NCBI GenBank assembly: GCA_963714095.1
Contig: OY970230.1
Coordinates: forward strand, 831,907 to 895,906
From: Candidatus Gottesmanbacteria bacterium
Lineage (GTDB): Bacteria > Patescibacteriota > Microgenomatia > UBA10105 > UBA927
Reading direction: 5' to 3'
DNA length: 64,000 nt
In this document: positions 1 through 9,963 of the stretch, in pieces
Layout: every line of letters starts with the position of its first letter
Numbering within the stretch: position 1 is the first letter of the stretch
Notes under the pieces: model-generated
Database searches by the model: none
Told to the model about the DNA's origin: nothing
Seen by the model: only the letters and a program-made list of their open reading frames with translations
Program-made: the position numbers and the translations under genes

Positions 1-1115
1 GTGCCCAACAGATCAAACAATTTTGTCACCGGCCACGTGCCGTTACAAAGCATAATAAACGATACGATATATATCGGAAGAAATGACACGAGTACTTTCT
101 GTTTCTTTTTTATCGCAAGGATCACTCCTGCAAGAGAAAGCGCAAATATACCGTAGCCTGTGGCTATAACGGCCGGGTTATTTGCAAAGGTTACCCACGG
201 CCCTACCACCGGTGAAAATTGTCGTGTTTGGTAGTCGTAAAGATCCCAGTCAAACAAAAAGTTTTTGACAACTGCGGCATTTGCCGGCGTGCCGTAGAGC
301 TGATTTTTCGCAAACGCTTCAGGTGAAAACAGCCGGTTTACTTTGGAATTTGCAACATCCAGGCCGTGAGTACTTGCTGCATAGATATTGGGTAAAATGA
401 TATAGAGGTTCGTGGCCAGGATGATGCCGGAAATGATAAGGACACGTTTCAATACCTTTTTATTGTGCGTCCGGTGAAGCGCGAGGTAGGCGGTGAGTAC
501 CAGAAATACTTCCAGAATATAGGCATAGAGAAGTGTTGCAGTCTGCGCCTGAGAACCGGCGAAAAAGGAAAGGATAGCAAGAATTGCGAATAATTTTTTT
601 GTTGGTTTCTCTAAGTAAGAAAAAATAGTAAGCAGTATCCAGGGTAAAAATCCATACTGTGCGGCAAACATCTCGAGCGGCACGATAAATTGCTGGACTG
701 TGGCGAAGTTGCAGAGGTAAATAAGGGAACCGACGAATGCGGCGCGTCCATTATGCAACAGTTTTTTAATCAGGGCATACATTCCCAATGGGCCTGCCAA
801 AAGCATGAGAAAAAAGTAACTGTACCGGAGCATGGACTCGGGGAGAACCAGTGATGTAATCCAAAGATACAGAAGCCGCGGCAGTTCCGCCATATCAGAT
901 TGAATTGCGACAGCCCCTAATCCCTGATCCGTGCGCCATACTCCTGTTATCACGCGCGAAAACGCCAGAGGCAGATTAAATTCCGGGTGCAGCGTATCCC
1001 AGCCGGAAAGAAACGTCCCGGGCGTGTAATTAGCCCCGACAATAATCCCCACAATACATGCGAGGAAGAGGGGATATCCCCATCGGTTGATGATAGATAA
1101 AAATACTTTTTTCAT
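1..1115 (-). CDS. Polytopic integral membrane protein, possible GT-C-type glycosyltransferase. Its 3' end runs off the window start.
   Basis: The reverse-strand ORF is open from ATG at 1115..1113 (MKKVFLSIINRWGYPLFLA...) to position 1 with no stops. It is very hydrophobic with many predicted TM segments. It is not in the ORF track because it leaves the window. Confidence 0.5.
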   Translation of the reverse strand, partial: MKKVFLSIINRWGYPLFLACIVGIIVGANYTPGTFLSGWDTLHPEFNLPLAFSRVITGVWRTDQGLGAVAIQSDMAELPRLLYLWITSLVLPESMLRYSYFFLMLLAGPLGMYALIKKLLHNGRAAFVGSLIYLCNFATVQQFIVPLEMFAAQYGFLPWILLTIFSYLEKPTKKLFAILAILSFFAGSQAQTATLLYAYILEVFLVLTAYLALHRTHNKKVLKRVLIISGIILATNLYIILPNIYAASTHGLDVANSKVNRLFSPEAFAKNQLYGTPANAAVVKNFLFDWDLYDYQTRQFSPVVGPWVTFANNPAVIATGYGIFALSLAGVILAIKKKQKVLVSFLPIYIVSFIMLCNGTWPVTKLFDLLG

Positions 1116-1423
1116 AGTTTGTTCCCGAAGGCACCTTGCGTGTGTCTTCAGAAAAAAACTAGGCATAACAGGGTGTCAAAAAACGACAAATTCACCTGAG
1201 ATGGTGAGCCTAGTTTTGTTTTTTTGACCTTTGGGGGTCGGAATGATGTCGATGAATGAAAAACGTTTTGCGGTAGTAGTAACGTGAATGGTTTTAATTG
1301 CAGAGTCGCTTGTTAAAGCAGCTCAACCACACGTTGTATCGCAAGAGACCGAATGGTCTCATATTACTTCTTCATTCTATGACTCCGACCCTTACGGATC
1401 AGCCCGGCCATACGGCCTTTAGT

Positions 1424-2296
1424 TTAGTTGTGCCCGATAAGGGTCCAGTTGTCCAGATTGCTGGCCAGCACCTCAAACATTTGATAGGTGTGGGTTGCAA
1501 CGTCGAACAGAAGGACGTGAACACGGGAACAACCGGTGGCGCCACAATTGGTGAAGCCTTTGGTTGAGCTAGCTACCAGCTGATCGCGAAACCAATTAGC
1601 GCTAATGTATGCACCGCTTGGCATGAATGCGTAGATCAGATGTGCTGGCTTAAATCCGCTGAGCGTGACGTCGATATTCAAATCGTTGTCGACGATTCCG
1701 TCATCGAGTTTACAGCGGAAGGCTACCAAATAGTTCAAACCCTTTTCAAAGGGAAGATTGAACGTGACGCCATCAACCGTTATGTTGCCGCCACCCAATG
1801 AGGCGAACCAGAATCCACCTTCTGGGCAATTGGCCGTCCGGTTTTCAGCAGTGTCTGGAATGGTCCAGGCAGTCGTTGCGTCATTGATGACACCAGGCTC
1901 GGAAATGAGCCAAGCGCTTTGCGCATTGAACGACTTTGTGCTCTGTACCGGGGTCTGGAACAGCGAACCGATGCGCGGGATGTTGGGGCCTGCGTAGGTT
2001 GTTCCAGAAGCAGCTGTGATCTGCGTCGTCGGCACCTGTGTTGCGGTCGGGACTGCGGTTGCGGTCGGCATGTCCGTCGGGACTTGCGTCGCGGTTGCGG
2101 TCCAGACTTCTGGCGTTGCAGTCGCGGCCGGCGGGATCGCGGTTTCGATGACGATCTTCGGTGTTGCTGCGACTTGCGTCTGCAACTCCTGGAGGGCCAC
2201 CAAAACTGGATTCGGCGTGGCTGGTGCGGCGGTTCCGCATCCTACCATGGATGAGATCAGCACGAGGCTGACCAAAACAAACAGCAGTTTCTTCAT
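1424..2296 (-). CDS. Secreted lipoprotein with a Thr/Pro/Ala-rich linker and a C-terminal globular domain.
   Basis: An internal Met gives MKKLLFVLVSLVLISSMVGCG, a signal peptide plus lipobox Cys. The longer 392-aa ORF upstream of this Met is Arg/Cys-rich junk. A linker ATPEVWTATATQVPTDMPTATAVPTATQVPTT follows. The start overlaps the upstream gene's stop (ATGA). Confidence 0.55.
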   Translation of the reverse strand: MKKLLFVLVSLVLISSMVGCGTAAPATPNPVLVALQELQTQVAATPKIVIETAIPPAATATPEVWTATATQVPTDMPTATAVPTATQVPTTQITAASGTTYAGPNIPRIGSLFQTPVQSTKSFNAQSAWLISEPGVINDATTAWTIPDTAENRTANCPEGGFWFASLGGGNITVDGVTFNLPFEKGLNYLVAFRCKLDDGIVDNDLNIDVTLSGFKPAHLIYAFMPSGAYISANWFRDQLVASSTKGFTNCGATGCSRVHVLLFDVATHTYQMFEVLASNLDNWTLIGHN

Positions 2297-2556
2297 TTCG
2301 AACTTCCTTTCTTTGTGAGAATCAGGATGCCGAAAAATATTCCCGCGAATGCGATCAGCGCTAGGACAGCGGCAATCCAGTTTACGTACCCACCTGCGAT
2401 GGAGAGCAAAACGCCGTAGATAATAAGGCGTATGCCCAACTTTCTTGGGGCTTTTATGGCGCACCAAATAAAATCTGTTACAGCAGCGCCAATAACGAGC
2501 ACCACAAGACCAATCACAAGGGGGATGGGTGTTACTGCAATTCCGAAAATACTCAT
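2293..2556 (-). CDS. Small membrane protein of about 87 aa with two TM helices.
   Basis: The start MSIFGIAVTPIPLVIGLVVLVIGAAV is preceded by GGAGGAA 5 nt upstream on the minus strand. The protein is hydrophobic. Its stop overlaps the downstream lipoprotein's start. Confidence 0.45.
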   Translation of the reverse strand: MSIFGIAVTPIPLVIGLVVLVIGAAVTDFIWCAIKAPRKLGIRLIIYGVLLSIAGGYVNWIAAVLALIAFAGIFFGILILTKKGSSK

Positions 2557-2998
2557 ATGTTCCTCCATAGTTTGGATGTAACCCGTTTGAGTTGTAGTCC
2601 AAAGGACTATCCAGGGTGGGTTCGAACCCTGATTGTTTTTGAAAAGAGTGGATCCGCTCGAAAGACCAATATTGATCTTCCCAGTGGATCCACCAAACAT
2701 CAGTGGCTCAACTCACCTATACGGAGGAAACGTCGCCGTTCCGCTTTGCTTCCCTAAAAACTATCTAGGTTATTTTCCCTGTTATGCCTATGTTAAAGAG
2801 CATTCCTACCATTTGAGAATTTTTGCGCAATTGCAAAGTCTCAAATGTTTCAGAATCCCGGTTGATACCGGGAAAGAGAGTATCCAGTCCTGCCGTACCA
2901 GATACCCTCATTCCTGGGATCAAGCCACATGGTTTGAATACAAACCATAGTGTCTCGTACACTTTTTTCTATGAATTAAAAAAGCTACGAATCCACTA

Positions 2999-3040
2999 AA
3001 AAACCGGCCACTCTCGACTGCCGGTTTCACTATTATTTCT
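2999..3040 (-). terminator. Rho-independent terminator for the minus-strand LPVAG-protein gene.
   Basis: A hairpin aaaccggcc...gccggttt is followed, in minus orientation, by a TTTTTT run immediately after the stop at 3100. Confidence 0.5.
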
Positions 3041-3099
3041 TATTTCTATTAACTTTTTTTCTCTGTCGCCGGCAGGCGATGCACATATGTTTTTGCGAT

Positions 3100-3735
3100 T
3101 TAGCCTTTCTTTTTCAAAAGTGCAACACCCGTAAGACCCACGCCCGCAAACGGCAGTAAGAGGAGAAGGTCGTTGTTGCCCGCAACCGGCAGGGTTGTAG
3201 CACTTAATACATTGGTTGTCCGGATACAAAATTGCGCGGTATCGCTGTTAAAACGTCCGACGATATCGTCACGCGCTTCGGCGTAATTATTGACGCAGAC
3301 GAATGAAATCGACGTTGGAAGCACTTTGGTTGTAATCTGATAGTTCCGCGTTTCGCCTGCGATGAGATTATTCAGGGTGAATGTCAGTGTATTGTTCGTA
3401 CTATTATATGTGCCGGGTCCGGAAACAAATGTGAGATAGGAGGGGAGCACATCGTTTACCACCACAGGATCAAATGTCTGGCCGCTTACATTTTGAATAG
3501 TCAGGAGGAATGTAACATTGGATCCGGGCGCAAACGTGGGATCGGATGAACTCAGGTTGTCTACGAAATTTCCTGTGACAGGATTTTGGACTTCTTTATT
3601 AATAAGAAGATCAGACGGCCGGCAGGTTTGGTTACCATACTGTGTGGTACAGTAGTCCGCGAGCACTGGTTTTGTAACACAAAAAAGCAGTGCGACGCCG
3701 GAAATAAGAGATAGAAAGATATTCTTTGTATTCAT
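3100..3735 (-). CDS. Sortase substrate: a secreted beta-sandwich (DUF11-like) repeat protein with a C-terminal LPVAG sorting signal.
   Basis: It has an N-terminal signal peptide (MNTKNIFLSLISGVALLFCV). The C-terminus reads ...LPVAGNNDLLLLLPFAGVGLTGVALLKKKG. That is an LPxxG motif, a hydrophobic stretch and a positively charged tail. It lies directly downstream of the sortase gene. Confidence 0.6.
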   Translation of the reverse strand: MNTKNIFLSLISGVALLFCVTKPVLADYCTTQYGNQTCRPSDLLINKEVQNPVTGNFVDNLSSSDPTFAPGSNVTFLLTIQNVSGQTFDPVVVNDVLPSYLTFVSGPGTYNSTNNTLTFTLNNLIAGETRNYQITTKVLPTSISFVCVNNYAEARDDIVGRFNSDTAQFCIRTTNVLSATTLPVAGNNDLLLLLPFAGVGLTGVALLKKKG

Positions 3736-3795
3736 ACTATATCTTTTGTTAGTTTTAGGATTATAGCCTATATAACTAGTATTGTCAAACGTATC

Positions 3796-4566
3796 TCATT
3801 GTTCCTGAATCAGATCCGCAAAAACCAAAAGCCGTTGATTCGTGGTTCCCGGCGGCCAGCAGGTTTCTAAGATAAGGCTTTTTTTGTTCCCCTGCGGGAT
3901 TAAATATGATACATCGGTCGGCGCGACAATCCGTGTCTCCGTCAGTCGGTAGGTATACTGTTTGCTTTTATAGGTGAGAACGATAAGATCGCCCTCCTTA
4001 AGATTTTTAAGGAGATAAAAGACGGCGTTCAGGTCCTTCACAAACCAGTCATAACTGGTGGAGTGGCTGAAAAGATACACGGTGCCGGTCTGATCCGGTA
4101 GCATACTGGTAGACGCCTGGGCCACGCCCTGAAGAAGCGCCGTTTTGTACTCACCTGTGTCGGCAGGATTGACGCCTGCAATAACAGGTGCGTTGACCCC
4201 GATTTTTGGTATGATAATGCTGAAGTCCTCACTTACCGGAGTAATGACCGATCCGTCGGGGGCAACCAGCGGATTGAATACAACCGGTACGGACTTAGGT
4301 AATGGGTTGGCAGCCTGCGCACTCGTGTGAAGGTCTGCAGTCGCTTCGCGGACCGCGTAGGATGACTCAAGACGGATGTCCGGTATAAACGGGCCCACCA
4401 TACCTCCAAGGGCAAGTGCCAGGAGCCCGAGGCCAATAGTGCGGGCGGGAAACACTCTGCGTTTAGCCACAGGCCGGATAATTACGGTCGCCTCACTCGG
4501 CCCGTCAGGCGAGCCTACCAGCGAGGTAGGCTCGTATCGGTAGATGACTTCCCAGGTAGAGTCCAT
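3796..4566 (-). CDS. Sortase family transpeptidase.
   Basis: An N-terminal TM anchor is present. The C-terminal motif LILETCWPPGTTNQRLLV contains the TLxTC catalytic Cys. The gene is adjacent to an LPVAG-terminated protein. Confidence 0.7.
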   Translation of the reverse strand: MDSTWEVIYRYEPTSLVGSPDGPSEATVIIRPVAKRRVFPARTIGLGLLALALGGMVGPFIPDIRLESSYAVREATADLHTSAQAANPLPKSVPVVFNPLVAPDGSVITPVSEDFSIIIPKIGVNAPVIAGVNPADTGEYKTALLQGVAQASTSMLPDQTGTVYLFSHSTSYDWFVKDLNAVFYLLKNLKEGDLIVLTYKSKQYTYRLTETRIVAPTDVSYLIPQGNKKSLILETCWPPGTTNQRLLVFADLIQEQ

Positions 4567-4659
4567 AAGTGCTAAATTATAGCACTATAGGGTGTCAATG
4601 TAAACCTTGACATCCCAGTATGTCTCCCTTACATTGGATATAGACGGGATATACCGCTT

Positions 4660-4959
4660 ATGTCTGGTACATTTGACGAAACTATTAAAAACAAAGTAAC
4701 CATATCCATGACGGTAGGGATCGGTAAGGCTCTCAAATCCGGTGATCTGGATGAAAATGAGTTGTGTGAGGTGTGTTCGTATGTTTCGGTTGCTTTGGAT
4801 ACCATACAATCCACAGAAGAATTAATCGATTTCCTTACGAAGATGTCTGCTCGGTGGCCGTTTTTTCAGGAAGTTCTTGACGAGCAAAAAAAAATGGATA
4901 ATACGGTTACGCAGATAGATAAAATGTTTGTCAGCCGAGAAGCACCGGTTGTTCCATAA
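4660..4959 (+). CDS. Hypothetical protein of 99 aa.
   Basis: ORF only. It overlaps the next gene by 32 nt in a different frame. Confidence 0.3.
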   Translation: MSGTFDETIKNKVTISMTVGIGKALKSGDLDENELCEVCSYVSVALDTIQSTEELIDFLTKMSARWPFFQEVLDEQKKMDNTVTQIDKMFVSREAPVVP

Positions 4960-6991
4960 AAATATGCCTGAAATCACAGGAGTAACTCCACCGACACTAA
5001 ATCCAATATCCAAACCGGGTGCTGAAGCTGTTTTGCTTGAGCGCTGGGGAGCAGGAAAACCTAAGGTAGAAGCCGCTCAGAGAAAAGCTCCTGAAACGGT
5101 TTTAGCTGATGCCATGGAGCATGTCACATCCGCAGAGGAAGCATATAAGCTTATCGAGCGTGGCAGCAGACCCGAAGATCACCACCAGGAAATCGAAGAG
5201 GTGTCCGGGAAAATTGGTCTTAAGCGTGATGAAAAGACCGGAAAAGTTGATCAGCCTGCGGTTGGCAGTCGTGAAGAGAAGCGGCGGGAACAGTTTGCCC
5301 AACGCGCCAATCTGTTAAACGAATATCAGCAGAAAGGGTTTGATGGTATCGCGGATGGTAAAAATCCTGATGATCCGGCCGCAAATTTAAATAAAGTCGG
5401 CCGGCAGTCATATCTGGTAGAACAATGCAGGCAGGTAATGCTTAGCGACCCGAACTGGTCCGAAACATTCAGCAAATTACCGCCTGATAAACAAGATAAA
5501 TATATTACGGAACAGCTCAGGACTAATCACAAGAAGCTGGCAGCAAAAATAGAAACAGCTTTTAATGAGCGTCTTCAGAACGCAGATTTTACATCGGTAG
5601 ACACCGATACGGCATTTATGGATGACCGTGCCGCAAATAGGGCGATTAAGGAAGCCGGGGAGCCGGTCAGGCAAGCGGATGACAAAATTAAAGATAAAAA
5701 AGCAGAGATAAAAGATTTTGAGGATATGTATAAAGACGTCGTGGATGAAGCAAAAACTCATAGGATAGATGATAAAAAAGTAATTCGTGACATAACTCCT
5801 GAATTAAACGATTTGGTTTCGAAATATGATCAAGCTGCTGCTAAGAAAGATCGTCCTGCGATGAACGATCTAGCTACCCAGATTGACGCAATTCAAAATA
5901 GAGCGGATGTCAAAGCCGCTACTCATCGCATGGGTCTTGTTGAGGAATATGATAAACAAATGGCACAGTATAATACCGACATCCGTCAACTGGAATCCGA
6001 AAAACGAACGGCGGTGCTGAAAATTGAGGAGGCCAAGGATAAACAGATTCAGACTCATGACAGCCTCGAGCGGATGCAAAAAGAACGCGCATACCGCGAA
6101 CAGAAATCTGCCGATGGGATTCTCTCCGATACGTTGGGACAGGCGTTTTTGGATCTCGAATATGAAGCAAATGAGGCTCAGATGGCGGCAGTGAGCGCCC
6201 GTATCCCCGTCGAAGAACAGGAGCTGGCTGCTCAAAGAACTGAGGCGCAGCGCGCTATTGTCGCCGGTGCGAACGATTACCTGGATGACCATTGGAAGAG
6301 ACAACGGCGTGTTCCCGGCATCACCGCGGCAAAAGAATGGAAAAATAAAGCCAAAAACAAGATTATCAAAGAATGGGACAAACTGACAGATCCGCAGCGG
6401 GAACGGTTTGAAAATGCTTCGGAAAAAGCAACCCGCCTGGACCTTGTGGAAGATGACTATCAGCGGACGATAAATGTTGATGCAGGCGTTGACAGAGTGA
6501 TGGGAACGTTAGTAACGTCAGTTCCCGGTGGTGCAGCAGGGAATAAAACGTTTGCTGAACTGAGTGATGCGATTCCGGCAGAAAAACAACTGAAAGATAC
6601 CCTCCGCAATGCGGCCCTCCGCCATATCGTCGATGTCCGGTACGCGCTTTCCAATGCAATGGGGGCACCCAGGCAGGTGACGGACGCGGACTGCAAGAAA
6701 ATTATGTCCCGATCATGGATCAATAAAGCAGTGTTGGATGGTATACATACAGACCAGGGGGAGAAAGTGCTACGGGGAATAGAAGTGACCCCTTCCGCTA
6801 CAGCGGGTGATGTGCCGTTATCCGATGAAACCATCAAAAAGGCGAAAGAAGGCGATGCACTTGCACTTCAACGGGTGAAGGATAAAATGAAGAATCCTAA
6901 CGTATTTTCGACAATACTCGGATTAGCATTCGGAGCAGTCATGATGGGCAGTTTAGCGCAAGGTCTAAGCCAACCCGAGCAACATCACTAA
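4928..6991 (+). CDS. Large charged coiled-coil protein with a single C-terminal TM segment (tail-anchored).
   Basis: The 687-aa ORF is Lys/Glu/Asp/Gln-rich with heptad-like stretches. The C-terminus VFSTILGLAFGAVMMGSLAQGL is hydrophobic. The start is uncertain. Confidence 0.5.
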   Translation: MSAEKHRLFHKNMPEITGVTPPTLNPISKPGAEAVLLERWGAGKPKVEAAQRKAPETVLADAMEHVTSAEEAYKLIERGSRPEDHHQEIEEVSGKIGLKRDEKTGKVDQPAVGSREEKRREQFAQRANLLNEYQQKGFDGIADGKNPDDPAANLNKVGRQSYLVEQCRQVMLSDPNWSETFSKLPPDKQDKYITEQLRTNHKKLAAKIETAFNERLQNADFTSVDTDTAFMDDRAANRAIKEAGEPVRQADDKIKDKKAEIKDFEDMYKDVVDEAKTHRIDDKKVIRDITPELNDLVSKYDQAAAKKDRPAMNDLATQIDAIQNRADVKAATHRMGLVEEYDKQMAQYNTDIRQLESEKRTAVLKIEEAKDKQIQTHDSLERMQKERAYREQKSADGILSDTLGQAFLDLEYEANEAQMAAVSARIPVEEQELAAQRTEAQRAIVAGANDYLDDHWKRQRRVPGITAAKEWKNKAKNKIIKEWDKLTDPQRERFENASEKATRLDLVEDDYQRTINVDAGVDRVMGTLVTSVPGGAAGNKTFAELSDAIPAEKQLKDTLRNAALRHIVDVRYALSNAMGAPRQVTDADCKKIMSRSWINKAVLDGIHTDQGEKVLRGIEVTPSATAGDVPLSDETIKKAKEGDALALQRVKDKMKNPNVFSTILGLAFGAVMMGSLAQGLSQPEQHH

Positions 6992-6995
6992 TACT

Positions 6996-7376
6996 CTACG
7001 GCGCTGGTGGTTTCCCCGATCCGGTCCATTGCATTTTGACATCCTGGCTGATTGCCTGTTTGGCAAGTGTGGTTGCTGCATCATATTGTCCCTGCAGGAT
7101 AAGGTCTTTAACGTTTTTCTCGATCGGTTTCACGATATCCCGTTCATATTGCTCCATGACAGGGAAAACAACCGGTGCCAACTCCTGTACGGTATCGTCG
7201 AGTTTGGCTATTGCACGGTAGAGCTCTTCAAACGACATGCCGGGTTTGAGTGTATCCAGGACAACCTGTGACGCCTGCTGGGCACGTTCTTCGGTCATGC
7301 TTCCGTCGGCGAGCATTTTTTTAATGAGCTCCACGGCCTGCAGTTCTATTTGCTGGCGAAGATCATCAGGGGTCAT
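6996..7376 (-). CDS. Hypothetical protein of 126 aa.
   Basis: Clean ORF with an acidic, helical composition. Confidence 0.4.
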   Translation of the reverse strand: MTPDDLRQQIELQAVELIKKMLADGSMTEERAQQASQVVLDTLKPGMSFEELYRAIAKLDDTVQELAPVVFPVMEQYERDIVKPIEKNVKDLILQGQYDAATTLAKQAISQDVKMQWTGSGKPPAP

Positions 7377-7407
7377 GCTTCTAGTGTCGGGTCTTGCATC
7401 TTCGGTG

Positions 7408-7746
7408 TCAAGAGGTGTGTGTCTTCATGAGTTTTGTTGCTTCTTCGACAAACTTCTGTTCGCCGTCTTGCCCGGCCCACTGGCGCACTCCAAAGGGGAT
7501 CCAAGATCGGGGAAGAATATACGTTAATGGTTTTAAAAACAACGTTGTTTCCACCGGAGTGACAAATTCGGGCTGCATGGAGGTCTCCGAATCAGTAAAA
7601 GCCCGAATTATATTCCAGCCAGTGTGATCCGTGATAGTTTTGAGCGCTTTTCTATAGTCGGTTCTGGTGGGCAGTTCGGGGTTTTTAGACATAAAGGAGT
7701 ATAGTATAGCGGAATATGAGATATTTTGACAACAGAAGCTGGTCAT
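7408..7746 (-). CDS. Hypothetical protein. The start is ambiguous between 7746 and 7692.
   Basis: ORF only. No clear SD is seen for either Met. Confidence 0.3.
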   Translation of the reverse strand: MTSFCCQNISYSAILYSFMSKNPELPTRTDYRKALKTITDHTGWNIIRAFTDSETSMQPEFVTPVETTLFLKPLTYILPRSWIPFGVRQWAGQDGEQKFVEEATKLMKTHTS

Positions 7747-7764
7747 ACTATACTTTAGCCCGCT

Positions 7765-8157
7765 ATGGCAATGCCTGACAGGTTCAGTCCGATTGAACGG
7801 GAAACGATTTTAGCTGATGCGCCGGTTACAAGAGCGTTTTTAAAGGGAGATTTTTCAAAACCGGAAGTATTGGCAAATCTAACCGCCTTAGCCAGCCCGA
7901 TTTTGGATATCCTGGATTCAGAAGGTCTCATCACGGATCGTGACCCTAAAATAACCATATTTATGATCGTCGGGTATGAGCTTGGAGATATGGATAAAAC
8001 GAATAGTTTTCTGCCGGAAATTGTTACGAAATATTTGGAAACGGGTTGGGGGAAAGAGATGATTACTGATCCTGAAGAGGCGTCGGCAGTGGCAATGATC
8101 AATTTATTTGTTGGTGCAAAAGCAAGGTGGTATAGACGGATGCAACAATATATGTAA
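7765..8157 (+). CDS. Hypothetical protein of 130 aa.
   Basis: ORF only. Confidence 0.4.
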   Translation: MAMPDRFSPIERETILADAPVTRAFLKGDFSKPEVLANLTALASPILDILDSEGLITDRDPKITIFMIVGYELGDMDKTNSFLPEIVTKYLETGWGKEMITDPEEASAVAMINLFVGAKARWYRRMQQYM

Positions 8158-8226
8158 GCGATATATTCCAGCTTTTTCTAACCTTTCGCTGGTCAACAGG
8201 AACAAATTTTGATATGATACCCTGTA

Positions 8227-9510
8227 ATGAAGAACATCCCCTTTGAAAAAACTACCCTCAAAAATGGTGTGCGGCTGATGCTTGTTCCTATGGAAGGGGT
8301 CAACTCGGTTGCGACATCCGTGATGGTGGCAGTGGGTTCGCGGTATGAAACGCCCCAGATTAACGGCATTTCCCACTTTCTTGAGCATATGGTTTTTAAA
8401 GGGACGAAAAAGTATCCGACGACAGAGGATGTTAATACAATAGAGCGCGCCGGAGGACTCCAAAATGCTTATACCGATATAGACATCACGAACTTCCATA
8501 ACAAGGTTCTTAGCACTGACTGGACGTTAGCGCTAGACATCAACCGTGAGCTCGCCACAGCGCCCTTACTTGAACAGAAACACGTTGATAAGGAACGCGA
8601 CGTCATTATTGAAGAGATGAAACGGTACGAAGACGAACCGGCGGCGAAGGTGGGCGAGACGTTCCACGGTATGCTGTATCCGGGGACGAAATTAGGAATG
8701 CCTATTATCGGAAAAGAAAAATCTTTGCGCAGCGTTACATCAAAAGAGCTCAAAGAATATCATGATCGGTGGTACACGCCGGACCGACTCGTCGTCGTAC
8801 TGGCGGGAAATATTAAAAATCAAGCGCAAGCCATGAGGCAAAAAACAGCAGAGTGGTTCGGAAGCCTGAAAGGGCAGTCGATGGGAGACATTGAACTCGT
8901 TGGCGATCGCCAAACTCAGCCGAAAGTCGAAGTGATAACGAAACCTGATGCCCAACAGGCACACATTACGTTGGGTCTGCGCGCGTTTAACCGGGATTCG
9001 GAAGACCGGTATGCATGGAATCTGTTTAACCTTATCATGGGGGTTTCCTTCACTTCGCGCCTGTTTAAAGAGATTCGTGAGAAGCGGGGGCTGTGTTACC
9101 ATATCCGCTCAAGTGCCGATAACTGGAAAGATGTAGGGTACTGGTCTATTTACGCCGGAGTCGCCACTGTTAAAGTGGCGGAAACAGTCGAGGCGGTCAT
9201 GCACGAGTTATCCAAAGTCGTCGCGGGAGGCGTCACCAATGCGGAAGTCTCGGTAGCCAAAAAGCGCCTGAAGACAATGGTGGCGTTTAGAAGTGAGGAT
9301 CCGGAATTTCTGAATGAATTTTACGGGAGGCAGGAATTGTTCGGGCAGAAGCTTGTCACTCTCGATGACTATATTGCTAAAATCGAAGCCATCACCAAAA
9401 AGGATATTGATATACTTTTACCGAAATATATCCGGCAGGAGACGCTTAATTTAGCAGTGGTGTGGAATAAACCCAAAGATGAAAAACTTCTCAAATTGCT
9501 TCATCTGTAA
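8227..9510 (+). CDS. M16 family (pitrilysin/insulinase-like) zinc metallopeptidase.
   Basis: The inverted zinc motif HxxEH is present (ISHFLEHMVFKGT). The length and the N-terminal half match the M16 fold. Confidence 0.8.
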   Translation: MKNIPFEKTTLKNGVRLMLVPMEGVNSVATSVMVAVGSRYETPQINGISHFLEHMVFKGTKKYPTTEDVNTIERAGGLQNAYTDIDITNFHNKVLSTDWTLALDINRELATAPLLEQKHVDKERDVIIEEMKRYEDEPAAKVGETFHGMLYPGTKLGMPIIGKEKSLRSVTSKELKEYHDRWYTPDRLVVVLAGNIKNQAQAMRQKTAEWFGSLKGQSMGDIELVGDRQTQPKVEVITKPDAQQAHITLGLRAFNRDSEDRYAWNLFNLIMGVSFTSRLFKEIREKRGLCYHIRSSADNWKDVGYWSIYAGVATVKVAETVEAVMHELSKVVAGGVTNAEVSVAKKRLKTMVAFRSEDPEFLNEFYGRQELFGQKLVTLDDYIAKIEAITKKDIDILLPKYIRQETLNLAVVWNKPKDEKLLKLLHL

Positions 9511-9559
9511 TATATTTAGCGCGTTTGTACTTTCTGAATAATTTCCGTATAATACATGC

Positions 9560-9943
9560 ATGAAACCGATTGAGAAAGGCCCATACGATATTGTGTATCG
9601 CGGGAGTCTTCCACCACGTATAATTCCTATTCAATATGATAGGTTATCATCGTGGCAGATGTCTGCTGCAGAAGGAACATATGGGATTGAACATCACGTC
9701 ATCGCTTTTGCAAATCTTCTCGCGGTTAGCAGAGAGGCAAGAGATGAGATTCTTAGACGGGTGGCCAATGCCAGAAAATATAAAGGAGACAGTCATTTTT
9801 TATTTTTAGATAGCGATGGCGTCCAACATCAAGCAACGGTCTTGGCTGCGGTAAAACGTTCTGATCCTAAATTTTCCGATCAGGCTTTCACGTTATACCT
9901 CAGGAGTGAACCGATCGACTATGACGATCTGATTGCCGGATAA
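9560..9943 (+). CDS. Hypothetical protein.
   Basis: ORF of 127 aa with no recognised motifs. Confidence 0.4.
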   Translation: MKPIEKGPYDIVYRGSLPPRIIPIQYDRLSSWQMSAAEGTYGIEHHVIAFANLLAVSREARDEILRRVANARKYKGDSHFLFLDSDGVQHQATVLAAVKRSDPKFSDQAFTLYLRSEPIDYDDLIAG

Positions 9944-9963
9944 TTTGTTAAAGTTTATGCCTT

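Noticed and set aside
1298-2318. Several overlapping ORFs (1298..1567, 1758..1997, 1881..2240, 1919..2254, 2016..2318) and the 5' extension of 1424..2602.
   Set aside because: They lie inside or antisense to the lipoprotein gene, are Arg/Cys-rich low-complexity translations, and the lipoprotein signal peptide marks the real start at 2296.
2570-2645. A tRNA-like T-arm motif gggtgggttcgaaccct.
   Set aside because: It has no matching acceptor stem, no D arm and no 7-nt anticodon loop, so it is not a tRNA. It lies just upstream of the small membrane-protein gene and may be only a hairpin.
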